Positions 27,246 through 38,642 of a DNA stretch of 64,000 nt are shown piece by piece. Position 1 is the stretch's first letter. Every line of letters begins with the position of its first letter. Source of the stretch: an uncultured Spirochaetota bacterium (GTDB lineage: Bacteria; Spirochaetota; Spirochaetia; SZUA-6; Fen-1364); NCBI GenBank assembly GCA_963734545.1, contig CAVTHO010000003.1:288001-352000 (forward strand). The letters are read 5' to 3'. Below the pieces are notes generated by a model. That model made no database searches and had not been told where the DNA came from. It saw only the letters and a program-made list of their open reading frames with translations. A program made the translations under genes and the position numbers.

Positions 27246-30200
27246 ATGCCTGACCTCGGCATCGACATCGGCTCCATATCCATCAATACCGTCCTCATGA
27301 ACGCCAGCGGGAGCATCCTGGAGAACCACTACGACTATTGCAGCGGAAAGCCGTTCCACGTCGTGCGGACCCGGCTCGCGGACATCCTTGCGCGCCGCGG
27401 CGAGGGCTCCATAGGAACGGTTGCCGTCACCGGCACGGGGGGAGCGCTCGCCGCCGGGCTGATCGGCGGCACATTCGTGAACGAGATCGTCGCCCAGTCC
27501 ACCTCCGTCTGCCGCCTGTATCCGCAGGCCCGGACCATCATCGAGATGGGCGGCGAGGACACCAAGCTCATGTTTCTCCGCGAAGCGGCGCTCTCCGACT
27601 TCGTCATGAACAGCATCTGCGCGGCGGGCACGGGGTCGTTTCTCGATCAGCAGGCGCGCCGGATCAACGTGTCCATCGTGGAGGAGTTCGGCCGTCTCGC
27701 GCTGCTGTCCCGCGACCCGCCGCGGATCGCCGGCCGCTGCAGCGTGTTCGCCAAGAGCGACATGATCCACCACCAGCAGATCGCCACGCCGGTCCACGAC
27801 ATCATCGCGGGCCTCTGCTTCGCCGTGGCGAGGAATGTCAAAAGCACCCTCGCGCGAGGCAGGGACCTCGAGAAGCCTGTCGTGTTCCAGGGCGGCGTGG
27901 CGGCGAACGCCGGGATGGTCAGGGCGTTCCGTGAGCTGTTCGGCCTGCGGGACGGTGAGCTCATCATCCCCGACCACCACGCCTCCATGGGGGCCATCGG
28001 CGCGCTGTTTCACGTCGCGGCTCGGCCCCCTGGCGCCCGTGGGGATTTCAAGGGCCTCGCCGCGCTGGACCGGTACCTGGCCTCGGGAGGGTCCGACGGG
28101 GACCACCTCGACCCGCTCGTTCCGCCGCGCGCGGTTTCCGTCACCGAGCCCGTTCCCCTTACCGAGGGAGACCGCCGGCTGCCCGTTTTTCTCGGTGTCG
28201 ACGTCGGCTCCCTCAGCACGAATGTCGTGCTCATCGACGGGCGGAACAGGGTGATCGCCCGGCGGTACCTTCCCACGGCAGGCAGGCCCCTCGAGGCGAT
28301 CCAGAAGGGCCTGCAGGAGATCGGCGGCGAGGTGGGGGCGAAGGTGGAGGTGAAGGCGGCGGGGAGCACCGGCTCGGGCCGGTACCTGACGGGAGACTTC
28401 GTCGGCGCGGACCGGATCGTGAACGAGATCACCGCGCAGGCCACCGCGGCCATCGCTGTCGATCCCACGGTGGATACGATCTTCGAGATTGGAGGGCAGG
28501 ATTCGAAGTTCGTCTCGGTCGAGAACGGCGTGGTCGTGGACTTCGAGATGAACAAGGTCTGCGCGGCGGGAACCGGTTCGTTCCTGGAGGAGCAGGCCGA
28601 GAAGCTCGGGGTGAAAATCGCCGGAGAGTTCGGCTCACTGGCCCTTTCCGCCGGTGCTCCCGCGCACATGGGAGACCGCTGCACGGTCTTCATGGAGTCC
28701 GATCTCAACACCCGGCAGCAGAAAGGCGCGGCAAGGGAGAACCTGATCGCGGGGCTGGCCTACTCGATCGTGCAGAACTACCTGCAGAAGGTAGTCGGCG
28801 AGAAGACGATCGGGACAAGGATCTTCTTCCAGGGTGGCGTGGCGCACAACAGGGCCGTGCTGTCCGCTTTCGAAAAGGTGGTCGGCCGGCCCATCGTGGT
28901 GCCGCCTCATTTCGACGTGACGGGCGCCATCGGCGCCGCAATGCTCGCCCGGGATTCCACGAATGGCGGAGGCAGCAGGTTCAAGGGATTCGCCATCGCC
29001 TCCCGGCCCTGGTCCCAGGACAGGTTCACCTGCAAGTCATGTCCCAACCAGTGCGAGATCAGCAGGGTAAGGATCGCGGGGGAGGAGAAGCCGCTCTTCT
29101 ACGGCGGGCGATGCGAGCGCTACGAGGTGGCGGAGAGGAGGAACAGGGGAAAAGACATTCCCGATCTCTTTGCGGAAAGAATGCGCCTGCTCCTGGACGG
29201 GTTCGAGGAAGCTGGATCTGCCAATGAAAACACGCGCGCGGCACAAGGACCGGTGATCGGTCTGCCCCGGGCCCTTTCGGTCTTCCACCAGCGCTTCCCT
29301 TTCTGGCGGACGTTTTTCAGCGAGCTGGGGATGCGGGTCGTTCTTTCGCGGCCGACCGACCAGGCATTGATCTCGCGTTCCCTCGAGACGCTCGCCGCCG
29401 AGACCTGCTTCCCCGTGGAGGTGATGCACGGGCACGTGCTCGACCTTCTGGAAAAAGGCGTGGACGGGATTTTCCTTCCCTTTGTCGTGAACGAAGAGGC
29501 CGTATCCGGCAACCCGACGCACAACTGCAACTGTCCGTGGATCCAGACGTATCCCTTCATCGTGAAAAACGCGCTGAAAGAGGGACGCGATCTTTCGAAG
29601 CTCCTCATCCCCACGCTCCACTTCCGCTACTCGCGGGGGCTTCTGCACGCGGAGCTCGCCCGGTTCATGCGGGAAAAGTTCGGCGTCGTTTCGCGTGAGG
29701 TCTCGCGGGCGATGAGGAAGGCCGACCGGGCGCAGAAGGATTTCGAGCTTCGGGTGCGCACGCGCGGCAGGCTGGCCCTTGCGTCCCTGATTCCGGGAAG
29801 AACGGCGGCGGTCATCCTCGGCAGGCCCTACAACTACGGGGACCCGGCCATGAACCTGCGCATCGTGGAGAAGCTCATCAGCCTCGATGTGCTTCCGATC
29901 CCCGCGGATTTCCTGCCGCTCGAAGAGGAGGCTGTCTTCGGAGAGTATCCGTCGATGTACTGGCCGAACGGCCGCAGGATCCTGCAGGCTGCCCGTATCG
30001 TGGCGCGGGACGCGCGGCTGCAGGCCATTCACCTCGGGAACTTCCGCTGCGGTCCGGACTCGTTCATTTCTCATTTCGTGCGTGAAGAGCTCCGGGGCAA
30101 GCCCTACCTGCAGCTCGAGATGGACGAGCACAGCGCCGACGCCGGGCTCGTCACCCGGCTGGAGGCCTTCTTCGACAGCGTGAGGGGCAGGCGGGAGGCA

Positions 30201-31516
30201 GGTTCGGGAAGTCCCGTCCGGCCCCGGCGCCGCGGGCGGCCCGGCCCGATACGCGCACGACCCGGCCCCCGGCGCCGCGGACGGCCCGGCCCGATACGCG
30301 CGCGCGGACCCTCTACTTTCCGTACATGTCCGACGGCGCGTTCGCGCTTGCCGCCGCCTGCCGATGCTGTGGAATGAAAGCGGAGGTCCTGCCGGCGCAG
30401 GACGAGCGGGACATAGAGCTCGGCAGGAGGCATACGTCGTCCCGCGAATGCTTCCCCATGATCTGCACGACCGGGAGCTTTCTCCGCAAGCTTCAGGAGC
30501 CGGGTGTCGACCCCGCGCAGGTCAGCTTCTTCATGCCGGATCACAACGGTCCGTGCAGGTTCGGCCAGTACAATCGGCTGCAGCGGATCATCCTGGACAG
30601 GCTCGGATTCACCGACGCCGAGATCGTGCACCCCAGCAACGAGGACTCCTACGCGGGGCTGACCGCCGGCAGCGGCGTCAGGTTCCGGCTCGCCGTCTGG
30701 CGGGGCATCGTGGCCGTCGATATTCTGCGCAAGCTGCTGCTGGAGCGCCGCGCTTACGAGGTGCGGCCCGGCGAGGCGGAGGCGGTTTACCGGCGCCAGC
30801 TCGCGCGTGTCGTGGAATGCATCGAGCAGGGCGGCGGCCGCATCGGACGCGTGCTGAGGAGCGCGTGCGCCGACTTCTCCCGGGTCCAGGTGAACCGGGT
30901 GAAGAGGAAGCCCGTCATCTCCGTGATCGGGGAAATATTCATGAGGGACAACCCGTTCTGCAGCGGTAACCTCGTGAACAAGCTCGAGCGGCTCGGCGCG
31001 GAGATCCTCATCAGCCCCGTGCGAGACTGGGTCAGCTACTCCACCTACCGGTTCACGCGCGACAGCAGGCGGAAAGGCAGACCATGGGGGTTCGTGCGCT
31101 CGAAGCTCCAGGCGCTCCTCCAGGGCTTTATCGAAGAGAGGCTCGTTCGTCTTGCGGAACAGGGCGGAGCCGAGATGCACCGGGACATCCCCGTGCGGAA
31201 AATGCTCGAACTGTGCATGCCGTATCTCCACAGGGATTATGACGGAGAGCCCGTGATCGCGATGGGAGGTGTCGCCGGTCAGTGCATGACAGGCATATCA
31301 GGGGTCGTGCACCTCCTGCCGTTCACCTGTCTGCCGGGTACGCTGGTATCGGCCATGTCACCGGGATTCAGCCAGGACCACGAGGGGCTCCCGTGGATCA
31401 ACATCGCCTACGACGGACAGGAGGAGGCAAGCGTGGACACGCGGCTGCAGGCCTTTTTGTATCGTGCGGAGGAATACGCGCAGCGCAACGGCCACGACGC
31501 GCCCCGGGCGTGGTGA
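27246..31516 (+). CDS. Acyl-CoA dehydratase activase fusion (two BadF/BcrAD ATPase domains plus DUF2229-like Fe-S domains); one frameshift near 30222
   Basis: GIDIGS/GVDVGS, GGEDTK/GGQDSK, two CAAGTGSFL, CxxCxNxC, CGPDSF; reading continues in ORF 30326-31516 if one C is added. Confidence 0.85.
30218..30301 (+). repeat. Two-copy ~45-bp intragenic tandem repeat
   Basis: ccggcccc(c)ggcgccgcgg(g/a)cggcccggcccgatacgcgc at 30218 and 30262. Confidence 0.9.
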
Positions 31517-31553
31517 CGCGCTCTTCTTCACGCACCGGTGCCGCGCGGGCCCC

Positions 31554-34500
31554 CTATGCGCGCCCCGTGTCGATCAGGGTCAGGAAATCGTTCCAGCGAT
31601 AACCGCTTTTCGCGGCGGCCTCCAGGAGAGGAGCGATGTCCGGCGTGCGTTCGCTGTCCGTGGATTGAACCAGCGCAGCAAGACACGAGAGCAGCAATTC
31701 CAGCGCTTCCTTGCTGAACCAGCGGACACCTTCGAACTCATTGACACGCAGGAAGCCCTCCGCAGCGGGGATTCGAAGAAGCTCCTGCATTGCCGACTGC
31801 TCCCGGATTTCTCCGCGCGTCGGCGCGCGCTTCGCCGGTGTGCGCCGGGCAGGCCGGCGGGAAACCTTTGCCGGCCGGCGCGAACTCCCCCCGAGGCTTT
31901 CGCCGTGCAGGGCAACGTCGAAAAGCGCGGGAAACGCCGCGGCTGACTGCGTGTCCCACCCCGCGCGCGCGAGGTAGTCGGAGAGAATCGGCGCGAGCAT
32001 CCATTCGTGCAGCCACGAAACAACGGGAGAGCCGGGCAGATCGGCGCCGCAGAGCGGCCGCAGGATCGTCCAGGGCCAGAGAAATGCGCGGGCAGGCGCG
32101 GTCTCTGCGGACATCCTCCCGGCAGCCACCCTCTCGGCAGCCGCGGGCGTCTCCTTCGGCCCCGCGCCAGGTCTGACCAGCTGCTTCAGCCGGGCCTGGA
32201 AGTCGGTCATGCTCGCGCGTTCATTCACCCGGCCCCGCGCACGCTCCGCCGCGGGGCGCAGGAACTGCTCGAAACCGCGCAGAAGCATCTCCGGGTCCGA
32301 CCTTCCCGGATCGAGAGCCAGAAGAGCGGCAAACGGGTTTCGCACAGGCCTGAGCTCCCGCTCTCTCAGGGCTTCATCCATGCGGGGGACGCCCCTGCCG
32401 GCAAGCTCGGCCGCCAGGCCCGACCACCGCTTGTGCGCGTCGTCGAGCACGACGGAAAAATCGAGATACACCTGGCATCGGTAGGCGCCCAGCTCGGCGT
32501 ACAGGCCCCTTTCCCACAGCTCGCGGCAGTTGCGGATGTACTGCAGGCCGGAGAAGTACTCCCGGAAAATCGCGTACGCCCCCGGGTCGTTCGGCAGGGC
32601 AAGGCCTTCGCCGAGACATTTCTGCACGAGGGACTTTCCTTCGGCTGTTTTCACCGCAAACGCGGCGGAGGTGCGGATCCAGCCGCGGGTATCCGCGTAC
32701 CGGTTGTTGTACAGCACCAGGCCGCGCTCGTCCCCGCTCCTGTTGGAGTAGGCGAATACGTCCTCGTTCACACGGCCCTCGACGGAGAAAAAGTCGTACA
32801 GGAGAAAGCTCTCCACCCCGGAGAAGATGTGGCGCCTCTTGAGGAGCGGGAAGATCTCCCTTTCGTGCCGCGCCACCAGCCCCGTGTTCGGGAGCTCGTT
32901 CCAGTAGGCGCGTCGGAACTCCATTCCGTATTTTTCCCGGATCCCTTCCACCTGGCCGTGCGCGAACATGGGCAGGCCCGGCATCGTCGACATGAGCGTG
33001 CACACGCCGAAGTACTTGTCACCGTCTCCGAACTGCTCGATGGCCGTCTGCTCGTCCGGGTTGCTCATGAAGTTCACGAACCTCTTGAGGACCTCGGGAT
33101 CGAATTCCAGGGTGTTGCGGATCGTCTGGCGGTAGCCGGCATTGTCCTCCGCCTTCAGCATGTGCATGAATGCGCTGTTGTAGACCCGGTGCATGCCGAG
33201 CGTGCGTACGAAGAACCCCTCCAGCATCCAGAACGCTTCGGCGAGCAGGAGCGTGCCGGGCGCTTCCCGCGCGACCCTGTCCACGACCTCCCGCCAGAAC
33301 TCGACCGGCATGGCCTTGTCGAAGTCGTGCCGGCTCAGGCCATTGCCCGCCCGGGAGGCGATGTCGCCTCCCTTGCCCGGCTCGGGGAACCAGAGCCGCT
33401 GGAAATGCTTCTTGGCAAGGGTCATTGCCGCGTCGAACCGGATGATCGGGAACATCCGCGCCACGTGCAGGATGGTCTGGATGACCGCCTCCCGTGTCTC
33501 GGGGTTCAGAAAGTTGAGCTGGGCCGTGTCGTTCCACGGCATGTGGGTGCCGTCGTTGCCATGATAGATCAGGCGCGTGTTTCCGGACCCGAAATCGACG
33601 CGCTTGAAAACCACCGCGGCGTCCGTCCTGTCCCAGTAGTGGTCCTCCAGATAGATCCCCACGCCGGGCACCTGGGATATGTTGGGCCCATTGAACGAGT
33701 AGGAGGGGAATGGCGGCCACGGATGGGGCCAACTGAGGAACCGGTCCGGGTGCTCGGCAATCCACCGCGAATCCACGCCCGTGTGGTTGGGGACCATGTC
33801 GCTCGCCAGGCGGATCCCCCGCTGGCCGGCCCGCCACTTCAGCGCGTCCAGCGCCTGCTGGCCTCCCAGCTCGTTCGCCACGACATAGTCGTACAGCGAG
33901 TACGCGGATGCCTCGGCGTCCTGATTTCCCATCCGGCGCTTTATCTCCCGTGACGCGGCGCTCCTTTCCCAGACGCCGATGAGCCAGAGCGAGGTGAATC
34001 CTGCCCGGGCCAGCCTGTCCAGCTCCTCGTCGGGGACCTGGTCCAGCCGCCGTATCTCCCGGCCGTGCGAGCGGGAAAGCTGGTCCAGCCAGACGAGCGC
34101 GTTCTTCGCGATCATCACGGCGCGCGGCATCCACTCCGTGTCGGAGCTGAATGCCTCGACCTCCGCGGTCATTCCTATGTACTCGTAGACTTCGGGCGGT
34201 CCGGGCGTGAACGCGCCGAACCGCAGCTTCTCCTCTTCCCGCAGCAGGTCGATGCCGGTGAGCAGGCGCAGCAGGAGGTCTCCCAGGAGCGCGCCCCAGT
34301 GCGTGCGTATGAACTCGAGCTGCCCGGCGAGGGACAACGGGGCCGCGCGCATCGGGCTGGCAAGCATTTCGACCAGGGGCTGATTGTCGGGGCCGAACAC
34401 GGGCTCCCCCTGGAAGAACTCCGCGAGTGTCTCCATGAGGGACGGGTACGAGGTTTCCGCGGCAAGGTCCGCGTGGTCGAAGAGCTCGGCAAAGGGGCCG

Positions 34501-34991
34501 AAGGCGGGGTTGGCGTTTGCCAGGGAAATGCCGAGCATCTCTTCCAGAGCGATTTCCCGGCGGGGCGTTCCTGATTCCTCACCTGACAGGTATTCCTCCA
34601 CCGACTGTTCGCCGGCTTCCACGTCAGGCGGCGGGAACTCTGAAACGAAACGCGCGAGCGCCTCGTCCACCGCGGGCGCGCCCAGCCGATCCACGGCAAA
34701 GGAGAGGGCTTTCGAAAGCGCTGCCTTGTTCACGCGGGCGCGATAGAGGCCTGCCACGTAATGCAGGATTTCGTCGATCAACCCCATGGCGTTCATGTCG
34801 CCGGCCCGAAGGGATTCTTCGGGTTTCGCGCCTGCCGCGGCGCGCACCTGGTTCATTCGCTGCGTGTAAAGCCGCGCGACGTGCAGGTCGAGGGACACGA
34901 CGTTGCCCGTGCTCGAGGAGATCTCTCCGGGAAAACCGTAGCGGGCGCGCGCCGCGCGCGACACGTGAAAGTGGAAAATCGGCCCCGGCAT
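31554..34991 (-). CDS. Large GH13 alpha-amylase-family protein
   Basis: Starts MPGPIFHFH at a TGATG overlap; DMVPNH, RFDAAM, LAEAFW, NPDE catalytic regions. Confidence 0.85.
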   Translation of the reverse strand: MPGPIFHFHVSRAARARYGFPGEISSSTGNVVSLDLHVARLYTQRMNQVRAAAGAKPEESLRAGDMNAMGLIDEILHYVAGLYRARVNKAALSKALSFAVDRLGAPAVDEALARFVSEFPPPDVEAGEQSVEEYLSGEESGTPRREIALEEMLGISLANANPAFGPFAELFDHADLAAETSYPSLMETLAEFFQGEPVFGPDNQPLVEMLASPMRAAPLSLAGQLEFIRTHWGALLGDLLLRLLTGIDLLREEEKLRFGAFTPGPPEVYEYIGMTAEVEAFSSDTEWMPRAVMIAKNALVWLDQLSRSHGREIRRLDQVPDEELDRLARAGFTSLWLIGVWERSAASREIKRRMGNQDAEASAYSLYDYVVANELGGQQALDALKWRAGQRGIRLASDMVPNHTGVDSRWIAEHPDRFLSWPHPWPPFPSYSFNGPNISQVPGVGIYLEDHYWDRTDAAVVFKRVDFGSGNTRLIYHGNDGTHMPWNDTAQLNFLNPETREAVIQTILHVARMFPIIRFDAAMTLAKKHFQRLWFPEPGKGGDIASRAGNGLSRHDFDKAMPVEFWREVVDRVAREAPGTLLLAEAFWMLEGFFVRTLGMHRVYNSAFMHMLKAEDNAGYRQTIRNTLEFDPEVLKRFVNFMSNPDEQTAIEQFGDGDKYFGVCTLMSTMPGLPMFAHGQVEGIREKYGMEFRRAYWNELPNTGLVARHEREIFPLLKRRHIFSGVESFLLYDFFSVEGRVNEDVFAYSNRSGDERGLVLYNNRYADTRGWIRTSAAFAVKTAEGKSLVQKCLGEGLALPNDPGAYAIFREYFSGLQYIRNCRELWERGLYAELGAYRCQVYLDFSVVLDDAHKRWSGLAAELAGRGVPRMDEALRERELRPVRNPFAALLALDPGRSDPEMLLRGFEQFLRPAAERARGRVNERASMTDFQARLKQLVRPGAGPKETPAAAERVAAGRMSAETAPARAFLWPWTILRPLCGADLPGSPVVSWLHEWMLAPILSDYLARAGWDTQSAAAFPALFDVALHGESLGGSSRRPAKVSRRPARRTPAKRAPTRGEIREQSAMQELLRIPAAEGFLRVNEFEGVRWFSKEALELLLSCLAALVQSTDSERTPDIAPLLEAAAKSGYRWNDFLTLIDTGRA

Positions 34992-37001
34992 CAGGCGGTT
35001 CCCTCCAGCGGGCGCGCGGCGCGCCCGACAGTCAGCGCGCGGATGCGCTCCGAAAGCTGCGTGCGCGCCGCCAGCTCGTCCACCGACAATGGCATGCGCC
35101 ACGTCCAGTTTTCCCCGGTCACGGTGCCCGGCACATTGATCCTGCCGTCCCGGGGGTCGTGCGCCCAGAGTGTCTCGTCCAGGTCGAGCAGGTCCTGCAG
35201 CTGGAACATGCACAGGATGCTTCCCGCGCCGCAGCAGGCGGCCAGGATCTTCTCCAGCAGGCCGGGGAGTCATGCGGGGGGGGCAGGCCCCCTTCTCTCC
35301 GAGTGAACGAAAGAACAGCTCGCGCTCCGCCGCGTCCTCCTCCCACCATCCCCGAATCGTCGAGGTGTCGTGCACGGACGGCGTGCAGACAGTGAGCGGC
35401 GGGTAGCGCGCGGGGGGAATGAAAGCCGCCGGCGCGCCCGGCCCGGCCTGGTCGTATTCCCGGGACCACCGCACGATGCGCAGCCCCAGGATGCGAAGGT
35501 CCGCGAGCACGCGGGGAACGCAGCGGGGCACATCGCCCAGATCCTCCGCGCAGACAAGCATGTCGGTGGCGCCGCGGAGTATGGCGAGGAGCTCGTGACC
35601 CCTGGACTCCCACACCTCTTCCGATTCGCTCCGCCGCTTGTCGATCATCGCGCGCAGCCTCGATTTCTCTTCTTCGGCCAGGCTCTGGAATCCCCTGGTC
35701 CTGTCCATGTACCAGGAGGGGAAACGCACTCCCGGGTCATCCCCGGCGCTTTCTCCGAGCAGGGCCCTGTTCGCGTGCCAGGAGCGGAGGAAGCTCTTCA
35801 CTTCCGGTGGCTCGGCAAGCCCCTGGATCGCGGATTCGCTGTCGATCTCGGGCGCGATGTTGTACAAGTCCTCCGTGCCGACGCGCCGGAGCCAGCGCTC
35901 CGCTGCCCGCGGCGCCTCGGGACCGAGGGCAGCTTTCAGCTCGGCGCCGCCTATGTGCGGAACAGAAAGCCAGCGAAGGCGCCCCGCATCGAAGCCGAGC
36001 TCCTGCATGTCATGGGCAGAGAGACCGACGGACGGAGAGAACCTTCCCAGGAGGCCGGTGATTTCCCCACGGGGGATGCGCCAGATCCGGAAAAAGCCGA
36101 GAACGTGGTCGATACGGAAGGCATGGAAGAATTTGCCCGCCTGCCGCAGCCTCTCTTTCCACCACCCGTTGCCGTCCATCCCGAGATTGTCCCAGTTGTA
36201 GACGGGGAAACCCCAGTTCTGTCCGTCCGGTGAAAACATGTCCGGAGGCGCGCCTGCCAGCGCTCCGAGGTCGAAATACTTCCTCTGCGCCCATACATCG
36301 GCGCTGTCCAGGCTCATCAGGATGGGCAGATCGCCCTTGAGGTATACGCCCATGGCTTCCAGCGCCCGCGAGGCGGCGGCAAGCTGTGTCTCCAGTTGAA
36401 ACTGCGCCCACGCCTGCGCCAGGCACTGCGCCGGGTGGGAATCCCACCACGCGGAGATCTGTCCCGGGTCAGCGTCGGTCAGCGTCGGCCATGAAGGCCA
36501 TTGAGCCTCCCGATTGTCCTTCCTCAAGGCGGTGAACACGGCATAAGGCACAACCCAGGCATTCTCGGCTCGCCATCGAGTGAAAGCCCGGTCCGCGAGG
36601 ATCGCCGACGTGTTGTCTGCAAAGATGCGCTCGACTATGGAGAGCTTGAAATCGAGAGTCTCCCGGTAGGAGAAGCGCCCGCGCGCCGCATCCTCCCGGG
36701 CTGTCGATTCCTCGCGAAACCGCCGTATCTCGGCCGCGTAGATCTCCGCGCCGGGCAGCGCCTGCAGCCGGAGATACAGGGGATGCAGGGCAAATGCGGA
36801 GATTGCGCTGTAGGGGGAGCTGTTGCCGCCGGTGTCGTTGACGGGAAGGAGCTGGATCAGGTCCAGACCCGCGGCCCTGCACCATCCTCCCAGAGACACG
36901 AGGTCGGCGAACTCCCCCACGCCGCAGCTTTCCGCGGTTCTCAGCGCCGCGACCGGAATGGAGACACCGGTGAAGTACCGATCCAGGGGCGCGAAGCGCA
37001 T
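34991..37001 (-). CDS. malQ: 4-alpha-glucanotransferase (GH77); frameshift near 35265
   Basis: QLLPVND, SPYS, GAPPD, GQNWGFP, RIDHVLG, AEDLG, HDT; true C-terminus RINVPG...NWTWR lies in ORF 34991-35209. Confidence 0.9.
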
Positions 37002-37088
37002 GTCCCTCAATGGTAGAGGATGCGCCCCCCTGCTGTCAAACCTGCCGGAGGGAGTGCCGGGCAGGGACCGGCGGACAGGGCTCCTGCG

Positions 37089-37745
37089 CTAAGGTGTCGA
37101 CGTAAAGTGCACATCCTCCTGATTTGCCACCACGTATACGGAGCCTGCCATGACTGAAGAACCGAGATTGGTTGTCGAGTTTACTGCCGCGACTGTCACG
37201 GTTATTGGTTTACCGGAAAGGAGGATGTTTGCAGGAATATCATAGGAGGTCCAGGTGCTGGGAACAGTGACTGAAAAAGGATCTCCGGTGGCAGTGTTAG
37301 AGGAAACGCTCACCACGACATTGTCCAGAGGAGGAGCGACGAGGTTCCAGCTGATCGTGATGGGGTTGGTTACCAGGGTTGTCGCGGCCACAACGTTGAG
37401 CGGCTTGGCCGGCATCTTGAGTGTCTTGAGGATGTCAACGTCGTCAAAGGAGAAATGCATGGTGACATCGTCCCCCACGGCTATCGGGTTGAGGGTGTAG
37501 CTTATGTTGCCCAGGAACGAGGGGGGGACATCCTGGCCGTTCACGGTCACCGTCGCGGTCTCTACCGGGAAAAGTGCTCCACCCTCAATGCACACCACAA
37601 AAGCCCCAAAACCGCCCGCTGCCAGCCAATCCACCTCGGCAGCAAGGAGCTTCCCCTTGTTGGTGTCGCAGCCGATCAGCGCACCAAGGGCCACAGCGAC
37701 CACGCAGAGTGCCGACAATATGCCGACGTTGGGTCGATTTCTCAT
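37089..37745 (-). CDS. Hypothetical lipoprotein
   Basis: Signal peptide ending LIG-C; beta-rich, Ig-like mature part. Confidence 0.7.
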   Translation of the reverse strand: MRNRPNVGILSALCVVAVALGALIGCDTNKGKLLAAEVDWLAAGGFGAFVVCIEGGALFPVETATVTVNGQDVPPSFLGNISYTLNPIAVGDDVTMHFSFDDVDILKTLKMPAKPLNVVAATTLVTNPITISWNLVAPPLDNVVVSVSSNTATGDPFSVTVPSTWTSYDIPANILLSGKPITVTVAAVNSTTNLGSSVMAGSVYVVANQEDVHFTSTP

Positions 37746-37802
37746 GGTTGGCCTCGCTTGTTTGTGTACAGGAACCTCTAAAATTGTATCGCGGGGCCTG
37801 CG

Positions 37803-38577
37803 CTATTTCCTGCTCACCACCTCGGGGGAGCGGTAGTCCCAGTCTTTCTTGTCCAGGTCGGCAAGTATTTTCACCACCGCGTCCACCAGGGCCTCGCGCA
37901 TCTTCTTTCCCTTTTCCGGCGTCCCCTTTGTAGGATCGCCGCTCGCCCCGGTGTTGCGTCAGCTCGTTGAAGAGCCATTTCACGTCCACGTATTTCGGAA
38001 GGTGCGGGACCACCCCGGCGGCTTTGGATACGTCGCAGAGCTCGGGGAACAGCTCCAGGCAGATCGAGGTTTCTCCTTCACCGGCGTGGCCGAGTCCCTT
38101 CCATACCTCGAAGAAGCCCTGCGGCAGCAGGTCTCCCATCATCATCCACCACGCGTCCAGGGACACGATCTTCATCTCCGGGTGGGCCACTTTCGTCGAA
38201 CGGCCCGCCACCTCGATCGGAGCGATGTTGCCGTCGTGCCCGTTCATGATGAAAACCTTGCGGATCCCTTCCCGGTGGATCGACTCGAAGATGTCTCTCA
38301 GGAACGCGATTTCCGTCTCGAACTGCACGGAGATGGTGAATGGAAAATCCTTGTAGTGCTCGCTCACCCCGTAGTTCAGGGGCGGAAGCACCGCGGTTTT
38401 CGGCACCCGGGCGGCAATGTCCAGCGCGATCAGGTGAGCGGTCAGCGCGTCCGTGCCCAGGGGCAGGTGCCCCCCGTGGCTTTCCAGGGACCCCAGGGGC
38501 AGGATGACCTTTTCGAAGGGCGATGCTTTGTAGTCGAACGTGGTGATGTGCTGTATTTCCAGCGGGTTCTTCTTCAC
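37803..38577 (-). CDS. Creatininase-family amidohydrolase; frameshift near 37956
   Basis: GSLESHGGHLPLGTD, NGHDGN, GHAGEGETS; removing one base restores TNTGASGDP...EKGK to the stop at 37803. Confidence 0.88.
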
Positions 38578-38594
38578 GGGTCTGCCTCCTTCTG

Positions 38595-38623
38595 AAAAAA
38601 GCGGGCCGCTCCTCGCGGCCCGC
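38595..38623 (-). terminator. Rho-independent terminator after the SBP gene
   Basis: Perfect 9-bp stem GCGGGCCGC/GCGGCCCGC followed by T6 on the minus strand. Confidence 0.8.
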
Positions 38624-38642
38624 CAGAATCGTACGTCTCGGC

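Noticed and set aside
32007-33953. Long antisense or alternate-frame ORFs (also 11303-12667, 14010-15350, 49032-50648, 57689-59272)
   Set aside because: Shadow ORFs of real genes in high-GC DNA, with no recognisable motifs.
31554-37010. 1818-aa MalQ-GH13 fusion ORF
   Set aside because: One extra base near 35265 shifts MalQ into the GH13 frame. The true MalQ C-terminus (RINVPG, NWTWR) is in ORF 34991-35209 and ends at a TGATG overlap.
37585-37802. Creatininase C-terminal extension overlapping the lipoprotein gene
   Set aside because: Caused by the frameshift near 37956; the corrected frame stops at 37803.
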